A stretch of 64,000 nt of DNA from Lama glama (Eukaryota). Position 1 is the first letter of the stretch; each line of letters opens with the position of its first letter. Positions 37,364 to 51,478 of the stretch are shown one piece after another. Below the pieces are notes generated by a model. That model saw only the letters and a list, made by a program, of their open reading frames with translations. It made no database searches and had not been told where the DNA came from. The stretch spans positions 60,204,001 through 60,268,000 of the forward strand of contig CM052817.1 in assembly GCA_028534125.1 (NCBI GenBank). The letters are read 5' to 3'. The translations under genes and the position numbers were made by a program.

Positions 37364-40300
37364 TTGAAATCATATCTTTAGAATATAATATCATAAAGAC
37401 CTAAATTTTGAAAATTACTTTGATATTAGTCTCTAAAATAGCAACTAGTGAGATAACAGTTTAGATTATTTAAAAATTCTGTTGGTGCAATGGTGTAAAG
37501 CTAACTGAAAGAATTATTTCCAAATATTTCTGTTTAATCAGAATCTGAGGTACGATTCAGTAATGAAAAAGGAATTCCTGGTAATGAGAAAATATTTACT
37601 AATGAATCACATTTTATAATATTACAGTGGGTGTGATATTGCTACAGTACCCCTTTCTACACTTACGTATTTATTATGACATATAACTAATACAAATATT
37701 AATTAGCAATTCATATATATGTATGTGTGTGTGATCTTTGTATCTTGTTAAAGCCTTGAAATAAGTAGCAGAGAAATGATGAGTTTTAGGAATAAACCTT
37801 TGTAGGCATCCTTTTCATAATGTGTTCTCTCTTCATTAATCATTGAAGAATTTTTAAGTGACTGTTTAAGGCTAGAAATGCCTAGAAGTAGGCACTTTAT
37901 GCAAAAATAGTGACATATTAGTACAGTTGCTTTGCAATCAAATCCTAAATAATAGCATGGAAATAATAAGAATATAATTAAGTAACTTGAAATTACTAGT
38001 TTTTAAATTGATAAGGAAAGACATACTTTTAATAACATTTAGAGAAATATAAGAAGAAGGGGCAAAATAATTTATTAATTTTGGAAATACAAATAAAGTA
38101 TATAAAAATGGTTTATAAATAACATGGATATAATACATTATTATAACACAAATTGGTCTCTTATCAATGAAAAATGTCTGTATCCAAGAGTAACCTAAGC
38201 ATGAATATGCCTATTACACTAGTATTTAGAATTATTATCTAGGAATATATTTAGGATATCATTGATCTCAATTTTCTAGTTCTCTGAGAAAAAAAAAGTT
38301 ATTCTCTCCCCTGAAAAGAGAGAGACACACTTCCCTAGGTTTCTCTATATGCCATGATGTTTGGATAGAAGAGGAACAATGAATGTATCAGGAAATAATT
38401 GGATTTAGATTTCATGCTGTTATAAGGCAGAAGAAATAACATTATGATTGACATTTTTGGAATGACAACTATGTACAAAGCATTATGCTCATAGCCTTAA
38501 TTACATTAAGTCAAAAGTCAACCTCACTGAAAATAATCCAATTTCATAGTAGATGGTTAATGCTATTCTAGCTCCATTATTTATTAATTCATAAAGAGTA
38601 AGGAATTAGTTTATATGCCAGTGAACTAAGTTTTGCCTGGGCAAGTATAAGAAGATTAAGTATGAGAACCTAAAAGCCAAAATGAAGGTAACTATACCAA
38701 TGTGAGATGTGAAAGTAAATAAATTAGAAGTAAAATATCATAATTTTAGTAAACTCTTTACATTTAGTGAATATTAAACAATGCTTACCAGTGAGTGTTT
38801 AAAATATTGATTCTTATTTTAAAATCTCTGGAAACTATAAGCTATACTGTAGACATTTTGCTTTAATGGATGTTGATTAATAATTGTTTCACAATATGTA
38901 CACACTCTAAAGTATTGAATGAATGGAATAAAATGTCTATGTAATATGAAACATTATACTCCAATACAGTTTTTCCTTTCAAACTGGTTTTGAGAACTTA
39001 ATCATTGCAGAAGCTTCTGGCAGGCAGCATTCAATTTTTAAACATACTAGAATAGATAGATCATAATCTTGGGTAAAAATTGGCTTGAAGAGGGAGTTAC
39101 AACACAGTCCAATAATGTATCATTACTTGTAGGTTGCAAATGAGTAGTGATCAATTCTTTCTCTCATCTTACTTTTCATTCTGTTGTGTCAGGAAACTTC
39201 TATGAACTTATTTTACAAAATAGGTACTTTTCACAATCACTATTATTAGTAACAGTTTGCTTAAAATCAGTTTAACAAGTGATGACAAAACAGCAGCATA
39301 TCAAGAGAGCTGAACACTGCTATTCTGATGTATGCATTTAGGTTACAAGTTATTGTTGACAAAATTGGGCAATGTCTAGATTACACAAAGTTAATATTTA
39401 ATAATGCATTATGAGATGTTCTCATAGCTGGGACTCTAACTTCCTCTTTTGCCCCCAGAGGTGTAGATGGCCTAGTTACAAGCTCAGGGGAGGTGAATTT
39501 CCATGGTAATATAAGATATTTACGCCTTCACTCATGAACCACATACAACTTGTCTTTCCTAAGCCAAGCTTTAGTCAACTAATGTACTGCCTGATTAAAT
39601 TATTAAACTTTACACATATATACATAAAGGGTAATTCTTTCAGTGACTATGTTTTAATTCTTCCATACAGTCATAGAGTGGTGAATATCTAGAAGACACT
39701 AAGACTGTTTCAATCTGGTCATAATAAGTAGTGATCTGATAAAGTGAAAAAAAATTGATAGCTAATCTGTCTATAAACATAAAGAATAGACATGAATTAA
39801 TACACAGATTTGCAAAGCATGAGCAAAAACAAAGGATGGCATTTTAAAGTAAATAAATACATACTACAAATTTAAATGCTCTTTTATAGTAACATAAGGT
39901 ACATATGTAAGACATTTCTGCCTTTACCTGTCATTTCATGGATGGTGAGTTACAGTAGAATTACACCTAAACTTCACTATAACTGATCCTTGTTGTCTTG
40001 TCCATAAGAATATTGTATTATTGAATATAGTCAACTCTTGATTATGTACATATCCTTTTTCATGATCAATTTTAAGTTTAGTCCTCGGATATTTTGCTGG
40101 AAACATGGAATACGTATCTGGCATCCTTACCCCATTTCCTGACTTGCCTAGGCTCAGAGACTACAAGGCAATTTAATCTTACCACAAAGCAAAACACGAT
40201 TACAGAAGTGCAAACTCTGCCATTTGATATTATCTCTACTTCTTCCTACATTAGCAGACAAAACTGAACTGATACCTATTGCTGACTCTTCAGAATTGTG

Positions 40301-40579
40301 GTTTCAGCATGACTGAGGGATTTCATGGATATATTTGCCTGTTGGCATGAATGTTTTATAGTAAATAAATAGTGCCACTATTAATTACTTTTTTCATTAT
40401 CCATTCTCTTACCTGATAAAATCATAAAATCATATATGAAAGTGGGAACCCATGATAGGATGCATATTCACCTCATGAAGAAACTGAAACTCACAGACTA
40501 GCATGCATGACTGACTAAAGTTCAGTGTGTAAGTAACTTAATAGATTTAATAGTAGACTCAGTTCTTCCCACACTCATG

Positions 40580-41800
40580 CAATTCATTCAACAATCAGCC
40601 AGTATCTATAGCAAGTCTAATATGTGCCAGACTCTGGGAAACTTATTTACTATTATGAGAATCAGAAAATTAAAAAGTAAGCAAATAAATAAAGATGATA
40701 ATTACATACCGAAATAAGTACTATGAAATAAAGTTATCTGTGAAATGTAATTGACAGGAGAGTTAGTGGTAATGCTGATGTAAATAGAATGACAGGAGTT
40801 TTCTCAAAAGAGATGACATTTGATGTGAAAGCTGAATGACAAAAAGAAGTCAGCCATGAAAAGAACTTGGAGAGGAACATTCTACAGAAAAGAAACGGGA
40901 AATGCAAGGACTCAAGGTTAAGAAAGAACTTTGTGATTTCCAGAAACAGAAAAGAAATTAACAGGTATATTGTGATGGGGGCATAGTAGGAGATGAAATG
41001 AAAAGGTAGGCAGGGCCAGATGTTTACAGCTCTTTATGCTTTAGTAAAAGCTTTGTATTTCATTCTAAGTGAAATGGGAATCCTCTAAAGAGCCTTAAGC
41101 GTACATTAGCTGATTTGACTTCCACAGAGAACATTCTGACTGCATTGTAAAGAATCAGCTGTAGGGAAGCAGGAATGAAAACCATTGCTATAGTTTAGGT
41201 GCTAAACTATGATTTGGACTTAAGTGTTTGCAGTTTAGTTGGAGAGAAGTGGACACATTCAAAAATATGTGTGGATTTAAGATCAATAGAATTTGCTGAT
41301 AGGGTTTGGTATAGACAGGAAGAAAAAAGGCAGACATCAAGGATGACTCCCATATTTGAAGTCTGAGCAATTGTACAGACTGGTGCTATTTACTGGGATA
41401 GAAAAAAACTAGGAAAGAAATAGTAGTAGGAATAGTAATTAATAAAAATTTCTTTCACTGTATGTGAAGTTTGAGATGCCAGATACACAGTCAAGAGGAA
41501 GTTTCAATTAGTTATCAGGAAGATCAGAGAGAGGGAAATCTTGGCACAAGTTATAAATTTGATGAAATTGCTAGACATAGGCATAAGCAAGATCACCAAG
41601 GGAGAGTTTATATAAAGACAGAGGTTCAGAATCAATCCATGGACACTTTGCAATTAGAGTCAGTTTATGGAAAGAGGACAGAGGAGAGGAAAGTAAGAAG
41701 GAGTAGGTAGAGGTGTAGGAGAGAACCAGGGATCATGACTTCATGGTAACCAAAAAAAGAGGAGTATTTACTAAAAGAAGAAAGGGCAATGATGTAGATT
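40580..41800 (-). mobile_element. Long L2 (L2a-like) fragment
   Basis: Begins attcattcaaca...tatgtgccag; purine-rich body with gatgacatttga, aggaacattct, ggatgactcc, tggtgctatttactgggata. Confidence 0.8.
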
Positions 41801-42642
41801 ACTATTACTGGGTAGAATACCTCTACTATAAGGAAGAGAGACCTAGAAATTTGAAGGGAATAATAGGTGTTCTAAAATATTCAAACTCAATATCTGCCAT
41901 AGACCTCAATAGTGCTAGGGGCTTAGATGTCTTTTTTTTTTTTTAATGAAAACTTGTAATAGCTGAGTTCCTTCTCAATATGTGTATATAAAGTCAAACG
42001 TATCTTTTTTTATAATGCTATGATCATCAGAAACTTTGATTTGCTCAATTTGAGGGCATTAAGGAAAAAAATTTATATAAATGAGCTCTGACATACTCAT
42101 TTCATGTTGCTGGATGCTCTAAATATTTTTCTTCATTGACTTTCCCCTCGTGGGCCTAGCACAGTTACTTATGCATATGCTTCTGCCCCAGTTTGATTCC
42201 TAACCCCATCCCTTTCTTCCTGTCTGGTCTCTGCAAGAGCCCTGATAACAGGAAGTGCATTATTCTTGCCTCACTGTCACAATTCCTCTGCCAGCACAGT
42301 GTCTGGAACATAGCAGACACTCAAAAATTTATTTGGTGAAGAGACTTATTTCCATTCTTACCTATTGCTTTTACTCTGCTGTTTTCTCTAATTATCCAGT
42401 TTCAAGATTGCCAGTGGTCTTGGCTTAAAGAACTCCCCGACCCCTGCCCATGGGTCATCTTATTTCCCTAGCAGGGATAAAATAAATTACTGGTACTCTT
42501 ATTATAGGACCACCATTCAGAAGAAGCATCTAGAGCCCATTTTTAAAAATAAGGGAAGGATTTAGAAAGGAAACACCCACCATTATACCCCTAAAATGTT
42601 AATCATTGTGCTTCTTTCTAAATCACACGAATTACTTTTTAC

Positions 42643-42950
42643 CTGTGTCCGTCATGATAGCTGCTAGCCACATGTAGCTATAGAGCATTTGAAATGTGGC
42701 TATTACAAATTGTGATGTGCCCTAAGTATAAAATACATCAGATTTGAATAGTATTAACAAAAGAATGTAAAACATCTCATTATCAATGGTATATTGATTA
42801 TATGGCTGAAATGATAACCTTCTAGATATATTTATTCTAATAAAACAAAGTACTAAAATTACTTGCATCTTTGAAAAATATAGTTTAAATGGATATTAGA
42901 AAATGTTAAATAATATATGTGGTTCCCATTATATTTCTTTGGACAGTGTT
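42643..42950 (-). mobile_element. MER33 (hAT-Charlie) DNA transposon relic
   Basis: tagccacatgtagctatagagcatttgaaatgtggcta...cattatatttctttggacagtg; about 310 bp. Confidence 0.8.
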
Positions 42951-42984
42951 ATTCTGTACTTAATGATACACAAAGCAAAGACCC

Positions 42985-43123
42985 TAGACCACGGCATAGA
43001 TATCACCAAGTATATTGTTAGACATGCAGAATCTCAGGCCCTTTCCAGACCTATGAATCAAAATCTGCTTTTTAACAAGATCCCCAGGTAATCTGTATGC
43101 ATGCTGAAGTTTGAAAAATGCTG
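42985..43123. mobile_element. MER5-family (hAT-Charlie) relic
   Basis: atgcagaatctcaggccctttccagacctatgaatcaaaatctgctttttaacaagatccccaggtaat...aagtttgaaaa. Confidence 0.8.
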
Positions 43124-45939
43124 CTGTATATATTGTTGCTGTGCCCAAAGAGCGAAGTGTGATTGTGCCATTGAGTAATGACATGTCCAACCTCATTTCC
43201 TATGTAATTCAGACTGAAATTCAAAAACTGCAAATCCCACAATGATGCACAGAAAGGTTAATATCAAGTGTGAACCCAGCTTGCAAACCATAGTTCTACA
43301 TTTTCCACTACAAGGGTTCATGTACCATACTTTGAAATTAGTGCAAGCACAAGCCAGCTCACATTGCTTCTGCATTTTGTTACCTAGAGAGATTTGCATT
43401 TAGCAAATTTAGCTCAGCTGGTACTTGTAAGAAGCCATTGCCAGAATACCTACAAAATTTAGTCCCATATACAATACTTAGAGTGGTCAGCAGGAATGCT
43501 AGCAGGCAGCATCCCGTTTCTGGATTTAATCTGCTTTCACAACAGTGTAATTTAAAAGAGCTTTGTCTAAGCAGTAATCTGTTTTTGTTTGTTGAGGTGG
43601 TGATTTTCTTAGCTTATGTGTTACTTCCATACTAATTTTTACCTTAAATATATTATGTTGACCTTGATAAAAATATGATTTTCTGAGCATGTTAATTACA
43701 ATACTTTTGTGATAACATCTAGAACCCAATTTTTTTTGACTATTTAATTTTTACGTTTTATTTAACATTTTTTGTAGGCTCTTGATATATTTAGATAGGG
43801 CTGGAGAAAATAGTAACTCTATAAAAATTTTAAATGGTATGTGCACATACTTATGTCAACTAAGTATTTGCACTTAGTAGGGGTTCAGAAAGTCTTTAAT
43901 AGTTTTAAATTATATATAGTTAATTGGTACAATACTGTTGCTCTAGAAAAGCACTGAAGGTAATTTTTATTATTATAGAGATCATGTTTTTTCACTTTAA
44001 AATCATTGCAGTGCTTAGGCTTCAGAAGCAACATTTAGACACCTTCCTCTTTCCAGTTGAATTATATTGAAAAAAATGAAAAAAAATTAAACTCCTATAA
44101 TATGCACCAACTATGTATTTGTTATCATGTAGGAGAGATTTGCATTATCAAACAGCCTCTTTAGGAGTCAGAACTAGTTTTTACAAGTGAGATTTTTTTA
44201 TTTGCTTTGTTTTTCATAATACCACGAATGTGCAAAACAACTTCAAACTCCTAGAAAAATAAAATCTTACTCTTCATACATATTATATCAATGGTATAAG
44301 CACTGAAAGTATCAGAATTATGTGCGATTAGAAAAGAGTTAATTATTTCGAACATAATATAAATTTAATCAAAGCATTATTAAGGAATGACAAATAATTG
44401 AAATATGTAGTCAGTTATCCCAAAATATGTAGGTAGTTATCTAGTATGTATTATTTGCTTTAAACAAGCAAAACACTGTTCCCACCTGTTTCACTTACTT
44501 TTCATAATGTCTCCAAGATAAGTATCTTTATCTATATGTTAAAGCTGAATTCCAGAGAGGTCAAGTAAATTACTCAGGTGTAACTAAAACAAAATGTATT
44601 TCCTGCCTGTCTGATTCTAAGGTTTACCGTTACCATTACCAATGTCTCAATGATATTCAAAATGCAATTATTTCTTTAGTTTTAGCATCATTTTCTTAAT
44701 CCTTCCGGTGAGCAATTATAAATTAGCAAGGGTTTTCTGGTCATTTTGTCTGAGCATGTGTGTCTGTACATGGCCTAAGTTACTGACAATACCAATGGTA
44801 TAATAATCATTTAGTCCATTTTTCATAAAATGCAAGTTACAGCCCAAGTCATTGATGAAGACACCTTGTAATCTCATAACCACTGAGTCTCACATAAATC
44901 CAAGTTACTATCCATGTATCATTGATAATTATTTCATTGTAACACTAGGGTCCATTGTGTATTTGAGTAATTCCTGGAATTTTTATTAGATGTAGTCTGC
45001 TTATATGTATAGAAAGAATCAATAGTTCAGAAGTTTTAATCAAGGGCAGAAAGATTAAGTCTAGAACTAACCCTCATTCCCAAGACATTTCCGTGTTTTA
45101 TCTTTATGGATTAAAAATATCTCAGTGTCTGCATCAGCAACAAATAATATAAAGTGAGCTGAAGCTGGATTTACAGGAATAATTACTGTTGCTTTTGGTA
45201 TGTAAATGCATATGATGATTGCCAAGAGTTCTGGAGAGTCATGGTCTTAATAATTCAGAAAACTCTTGGGAATATATTCTCTAAAAACACAGATAATTAA
45301 TATAATGTATTGACTAATAATAAAATGATTTTTTTTAATTATTCACACTTTAAATCTTTGTCTAACTGTGAAAACTCACATCTATGCAAATCAGCAACTG
45401 TAAATGGTTTGAATTTTGCAGGGTGGAAGTAAAGATTGCTGTCTTTGCCTAGCTCAGACAATGCTGATGTTGGGAAAGTTTAGTTTATTTCAGTTTTCAC
45501 AAAAAAAGTATCCTCAGAGTGTAAAGTACTGTTAAAAAAGGTGACATAGGAATCAACACCTCTATGTGATAAGTAGGAGTCTCATTTTTACTCTCCTGTC
45601 ATTCCTTCCCTCTGTTGGATGTGATAATGAACTGTGAAATGGTCAAAATGAGAGGGAGAAAAAAGGATGTGGCTAATTCCCAAACTAGATAGTCTCAAGT
45701 TCTGGTTCTCCACAGTAACATCAGCTGTTAACATTAGTGATAAACGTCTGATATTGCAAAGTGTATACTACTCCCAGTTCTATAAATGTAGTAGTATGAA
45801 GATTATGTATCAATCTCTTATTACGATTTAGATTGGAAAAGTTGAGGTGAGTTCAAATTAATCTAGTGAGTATTTAATTTTAACAGTTACCATATTATGT
45901 GAGTGATTGAAAAATTATGTGAACTCAGTTGAATAACCT

Positions 45940-46170
45940 AAGGACTAAAAACATCAAAATCATTCTTGACCCTCCCATTTCATTAACATCCACATCTGAT
46001 GTGTTCCCAAATCCAGGTTCTTCTGCTCTCCTCTTGTCATTCTCATCCTCAGTGCCTTGTTTCAGTTTGTTATCATCTGTCACTTGAATTTTTGCAATAG
46101 TCTTCTGCCTGCTTTTACATTTTCTTTATTCATTCAGTTCTCCATATTGCCTCCATAATCATTCGGATTC
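45940..46170 (+). mobile_element. L2 fragment
   Basis: atcattcttgaccctccc...ccacatct...atcatctgtcacttgaatttttgcaatagtcttct. Confidence 0.5.
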
Positions 46171-47309
46171 CCTTTATTTAAAGTTTGCTATAGTATAATT
46201 CTTTGGCTAACATGTTGCATAGAGAAATGAAGTAATAATAGGTGTTAAGGAGAGCCATGTATCAAGGCTACAGATAATCTCAGACTTTCAATTTAATACA
46301 GATTCATTAAGACTCTCTAGTAAGACTCATTAATCTTTTAGGGATGCAAAAGGTTAAAGTGTACATCTTCTTCTGAACACCTCAAAACAGAGAAGAAGCA
46401 AGTATTCTAAGTTGCAGGAAATGGACGCTGTGGGTCAGCCTGCTTCATCTCTGGGAATGGGTAGCAAAACATCTCAGAGATAGGAAGGGAAATCTCCCAA
46501 CTATGAAAAGTAAAGGTGGTTTCAAGTTTTATCCAGGAGTCCATGGAGTGGAGTATATGAATTTAATTAAGTGATTTATTTAGCATGCAAAATAGAGCCA
46601 TGTTGACATGGAACTTTGATGTGATAAAGGAAATTCAAAGTAGTACTCCACTTAGTTTTGATTTTGTAAAGGTAGCCTCATGATGCATTTACATTATTTG
46701 GTATGTTTTATTAATACTTTTGTATTGAGAATCATCAAAAAGCTTTTTATGAATATATAGTACATGATTGCTTATGAAGATTTCTCATTTTCTAATCAAA
46801 TATAGTCTTGCAAGCAAGAAGGGATGATTTAATCCAAAAAAGGGGAAAATTATCTTCTTTATCATTTTATATGATCTTCTTGATTTACATTCATCCTTTT
46901 ACTCTCCTCCTCTTTTTTTCCTGAAAGTATAACCCATGACTGGAAAGAGATTTACTTGTCTTATTTTTATTTTTAAGATTAATAAAAGCAATGTTTCTTG
47001 AAGACTTTTTTCCACCAGTGGGTTAACATATAACTCTTTTTTAGTATCCAAAGTTGAACTGCAACATTCCAACATAATTTGATAAAATACTCCACTCGTG
47101 AGTGAGTCAGATGTTGTCAGTCAACCGTGTCATATTTACAGAGTTTGAATTTCCTATAGAAATTAGACATCAATTACAGAAGTTGACTGAAATATTATCA
47201 TAGATTATTTTTGTGACAGTTTCTACATCTGAAAAGGAAAGCATCCATAATGTATTTTCATCAAAGCAGCTCAAATCACAGTCTGCTTAATCCTTACATT
47301 TTCATGCAG

Positions 47310-47386
47310 ATAACTTATGAGCAGCTTTCGAAGAGTGAAAGAAAAGTAAAGATGTAGCACAGCCAAGGCATGCATTGATGAAGCAG
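47310..47386 (+). other. Candidate 77-nt exon with stops in all three frames (non-coding, UTR or poison exon)
   Basis: gcttaatccttacattttcatgcag acceptor with branch-like motif; CAG|gtaaat donor. Confidence 0.2.
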
Positions 47387-48474
47387 GTAAATTGATTTTT
47401 ATATTTGCTTGGAGACGTGGATCACTTCCCTGAATCTGGTTTGCATTGATCAGTGTTGATGGACTATGGATTAAATGTCATATATAAGCCCCAATTTTCA
47501 AATCTGTTATCCTCACGGGAAAAGTATCTGAAGAAGAGAAGATTATATTTATAATCCATGCCAATATCAAGATGAAATTTGACACACCCAAAAGTAGGAG
47601 ACCCTAGGGAAGATACTATTTATATTGATAAGAAATAAAATACTTTCAGTGGAGAGTCTCATAAAGGTCTATTTGGGGCATTGATTCAGCAAATAAGTCA
47701 AGATATTAAGGAGCTACACAAATATACTTACATATATATATCCTTAATTTATATATGTGTGTGGTGTACTTTATGCCTGTCTTTCTGGGTACTGAGATAA
47801 GCACTTAACCAGATAGAGATCTGTACATTCAAGTAATAATTATTAATTGTGCTATTGTGGCTGAAAAACAATGTACTAGAGGAACAGTATGAATTTCCAG
47901 TGATTCAGAAAGGAAACACGCACATATGAGAGAAATGGATGGATAACACTGTTGATATGTATATAATTGGCTTATTGTGAATTGTAAATTATCACATTAA
48001 ATTTTGGTTCATTATGAAGAAATCTCACAACACCTGCATTGAATGGAAAGAGACCTTATCAATCATAATTGAAGTTTCTTATTTTGCATGAAAAAACAAA
48101 CTCAAAGAGGTTATACTCCTTGCCCAAAGTCACATGTTGAGTTATTGAAAGATAACTCCAGTCTACTCCACTGCAGGTCATTATTCTTCAAATCCAGTTT
48201 TGATTTCTGTTTCTCTTATCATTAACATAAGCAGAACTCTAGTGGAAAAGCCTTTCTGCTCCTTTTTTACTGTGTCCTTCTAGTACAGAGACTAATTATC
48301 CAGTATGAGTTTCAAGAGGGAACAAGACTTGACTCATTTCTACTTAATTCATCTATGTAGACATTAAACAGAAGAATATTTCAATGTTAAGAAGTTGTAA
48401 CTGAAATGAATGTAGAAGAAAGTAGAAAAATAAAGTATTATCATTAGCATACACCACTGTAATAATTGTTGCAG

Positions 48475-49316
48475 GTTAAGAGCTCCTAATGGATGCTGAC
48501 ATTATTGCGCCACTTTTGAGAAGAAACAGGATAGCAAGATAGCAGCAGAGCCTCAAATTATCCGCCCTCTCCAGATATTTATCGTGTGGAAAGGGAGACT
48601 AATAATGTCACAGTGGAAAAACCTGAGAAACAAGTGGTCCAAGTTAATACCATCAGTAATAAAACATATTGATATTATATACCCTGGAGAACACAATATC
48701 ACTTTTGTGATATTTTCTTGTCAAATCCACGTCATCTCAATCTAATTGTGAGAAGCTAAAATTGAGATAGATTCAGTGACCACTACTTATAAACTGTCAA
48801 GATCATGAAAAGAAAGAGAAATCTGAGGAATTGTCACAGATTACAGGAGACTAAGGAAATCCAAAACAAAGTGTAATGTGGGATCCTGGATTGGATGTCA
48901 GAACAGGAATAGGGTGTTTGGTAAAAAAAAATTAGTGAAATTCAAATAAAATCTGTACTTTAGCTAATAACAGTAGTGTGCTGGTGGCTTAAGCCAGCTG
49001 GCTTGAGCTGATTTTGTGCAACTTCATGCTTAGTAAAGTTGTGTTGGTAGGAAATTTGGCCATGGTGGAAGAGAGAACACAAGGAAATTGGCAAATGCGG
49101 CATATCAGGGCTTCCACCTCCCATCCCTGGAAAACTGCTTTAACAGTGTTGTGCCAGTGTTAATTTCCTGATTTCCATATTCCCATAACATGTGTATGTG
49201 CTAAGATTATGTGAGTTAACATTAAGGGGAGTTGAATGAGGATTATATGTGAATTCTCTGTACTATATCTGGAATTTTTCTGTGGCTAACATTATTTCAA
49301 AATAAAAACTTTAAAA
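48475..49316 (+). mobile_element. LINE-1 3' end (L1MC3/4-like), interrupted by a DNA transposon
   Basis: cagtggaaaaacctg, aactgtcaagatcatgaaa, ggagactaagga, atgtgggatcctggattggat, and 3' terminus ttatttcaaaataaaa. Confidence 0.8.
48971..49148. mobile_element. MER63-like hAT DNA transposon relic
   Basis: cagtagtgtgctgg...gttggtag...ggccatggtgg...ggaaattggcaaatgc...tcagggctt. Confidence 0.65.
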
Positions 49317-50425
49317 GAAAACAATAGAGCAGAGCTAAATATCATGAATACTTTATAAAAGTAAAATAATCTGCATGTCTAAAATCCTTATAGATAAGAT
49401 AGAAATACAAAGATAGAGTCCCTGTCTTCAAGGATTCACTGTTTAATATAGTTTAAAGTTTATAGAAAATTTGGGGGACTTGGTGAATTGACAGAAAGTT
49501 TGAGTGGTATAGGGTTCTTTTTTTCTTTACTGCCTTTTCTTTTTCTTTTTTTGGGGGGGAGGGGGTCATGAATTTAGCCCTAGAATCTGAGATCTTCCAG
49601 CTGTTAGTCAGAAAATAATGTATGCCCTTGATCAAAGTTTACCTAAGTAAAGCTTCAAAATAGACTCTACAAAGAATGAAGACTTTGCAAAGATATTTTT
49701 AAGTCTATTTAGAATTGATTTATTTAACAGTAATCACTGTGTGCCAGCTTTCTTGGTTCTGAAAGGAGAGTATTATTATATTAGTTTTATAAATAAGGAA
49801 TCTGAATCTCTGAGATACTATGATTTGTTCAAGTTTTTTTGTAATAGGAAGTGACCTAAGGCTTGAAATTTCTCATTATTAGAAAAGGCATAGCCAGTGT
49901 TAACAGTCATAGTACAAGACCTGGGGATAATTCTGCATATAGTGCCTTCACTGAGAAATTACAGTCTAGCCTTAATTATGTGCACTCAGTGAAACTGCCA
50001 CAACACAGGTTCTCATCACTCCACAACTGTTGTTAATAATAAATCCTATTGCTATTTTGCATATATGTATATATAACATATATGTGTATATGTATGTGTA
50101 TACATGTTTATTAATTATTGCATTTAGACTTCACTATGAATTTTTTTTCCAAAAATTAAGACAAAAATATACTTCTAGAACTTGGAGAATTCCAATTCCC
50201 TTTCATTGAAACTTAAAAATCCAAATACTCTGAAGTACTGAGAAAGATTGTTATAAGAGAAGACAATATTTATCTGCTTATGTCACATAAACGTTACGAT
50301 TTGTGCTTCGTCATGTGAAGATTAAGATTCTTCTGTGATTGACATTTGTTCTGGAGTGCATATTGTGTTACAGACTTAAAATTTTACATTAATTGGCAAA
50401 TCAATTCATTTATTCAGTAATTATT

Positions 50426-50981
50426 TGTATTGGTTATCCATGGCTGTGTAACATGTTACTGCAAAAAGCAGCCACTTAAAACAACATTTATTCTCTCACA
50501 GTTTTTGTGGGTCAGGTATCAAGAGGGGCTTAACTGGGTGCCTCTGGCTCTGGGTTTGTCACAAAGTTACAATCCAAGGTGTCAGTGAGGGTTACAGTCA
50601 TCCCAAGGCTCCACTGGGAAAGGATCTACTTCCAAGTTCACTCCAATGGTTGTGGACAGGTTTGTTTCCTCATAGACTGTTGAACTAAAAGCTTCAGGTC
50701 TTGCTGACTGGTGGGTAAGGTCCAATAAGGGCCTCTCCATGGAGCAGTTTACAGAATAGCAACTGGATTCCATCAGAGCTAGCAAGTGAGACAGCAAGAA
50801 AGAGCAAGCAAGACAGGAGCCAGAGTCTTCTATAACCTAATCTCACAAGTGGCAGCCTGTTACTTCTGCTATATTCCATTTATTAGAAGCAAGTCACTGG
50901 ATCCAGCCCTCACTTGAGGAGAGGGCATTACACAAACAGAAGTCAGGATCATTGGGAGTCATCTTGATGCTGCCAATCATA
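50426..50981 (-). mobile_element. MaLR solo LTR (MLT1F-like) inserted in an L2 tail
   Basis: tgtattggttatccatggctgtgtaac...cttaaaacaacatttattctctcacagtt...tattagaagcaagtcact...ggatcattgggagtcatctt; L2-like tcattt and atttattaagc flanks. Confidence 0.85.
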
Positions 50982-51394
50982 GCATTTATTAAGCTGGATA
51001 ATCCAATTTATAGACAACACCAGAAATAAAAATAATTGTTTTAGGTAATGGCTTAGGTCATGGTCTCTATTTCAGAGGTACTCAAAATCTGTGGGAGGTA
51101 TAAAAAAGTAAAATGACAAATTGTAGCCATAATGTGATAGGCAGTATAGTGATGAAACGCCCTAAAGGTCACAAGGAACACATAAGGCATTCACTCTATT
51201 TGGGAGTTATAAGGATATTTATAGAGAAAAAGTGTAACTGATTTATATAGAGAAAGTCTCACAGTTAACATCTGGCTATTGTGCATTTACTCTTGAATAA
51301 TAACATTATTAAATATAGCATTTGTCTACTTCAATTTATAAACAGTTAGCTTAAAGTGTATTTAATATTCCCATTGCTATTTTACATGTTTGTT

Positions 51395-51478
51395 TATATG
51401 TGTGTGTATATATATATTATGTATGGATAAATGTATATATTCATGTATGTATATACATATGTGTGTACATACATATAA
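51395..51478. repeat. (TA)/(TG) low-complexity microsatellite
   Basis: Direct reading; a similar tract lies at about 50060-50105. Confidence 0.7.
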
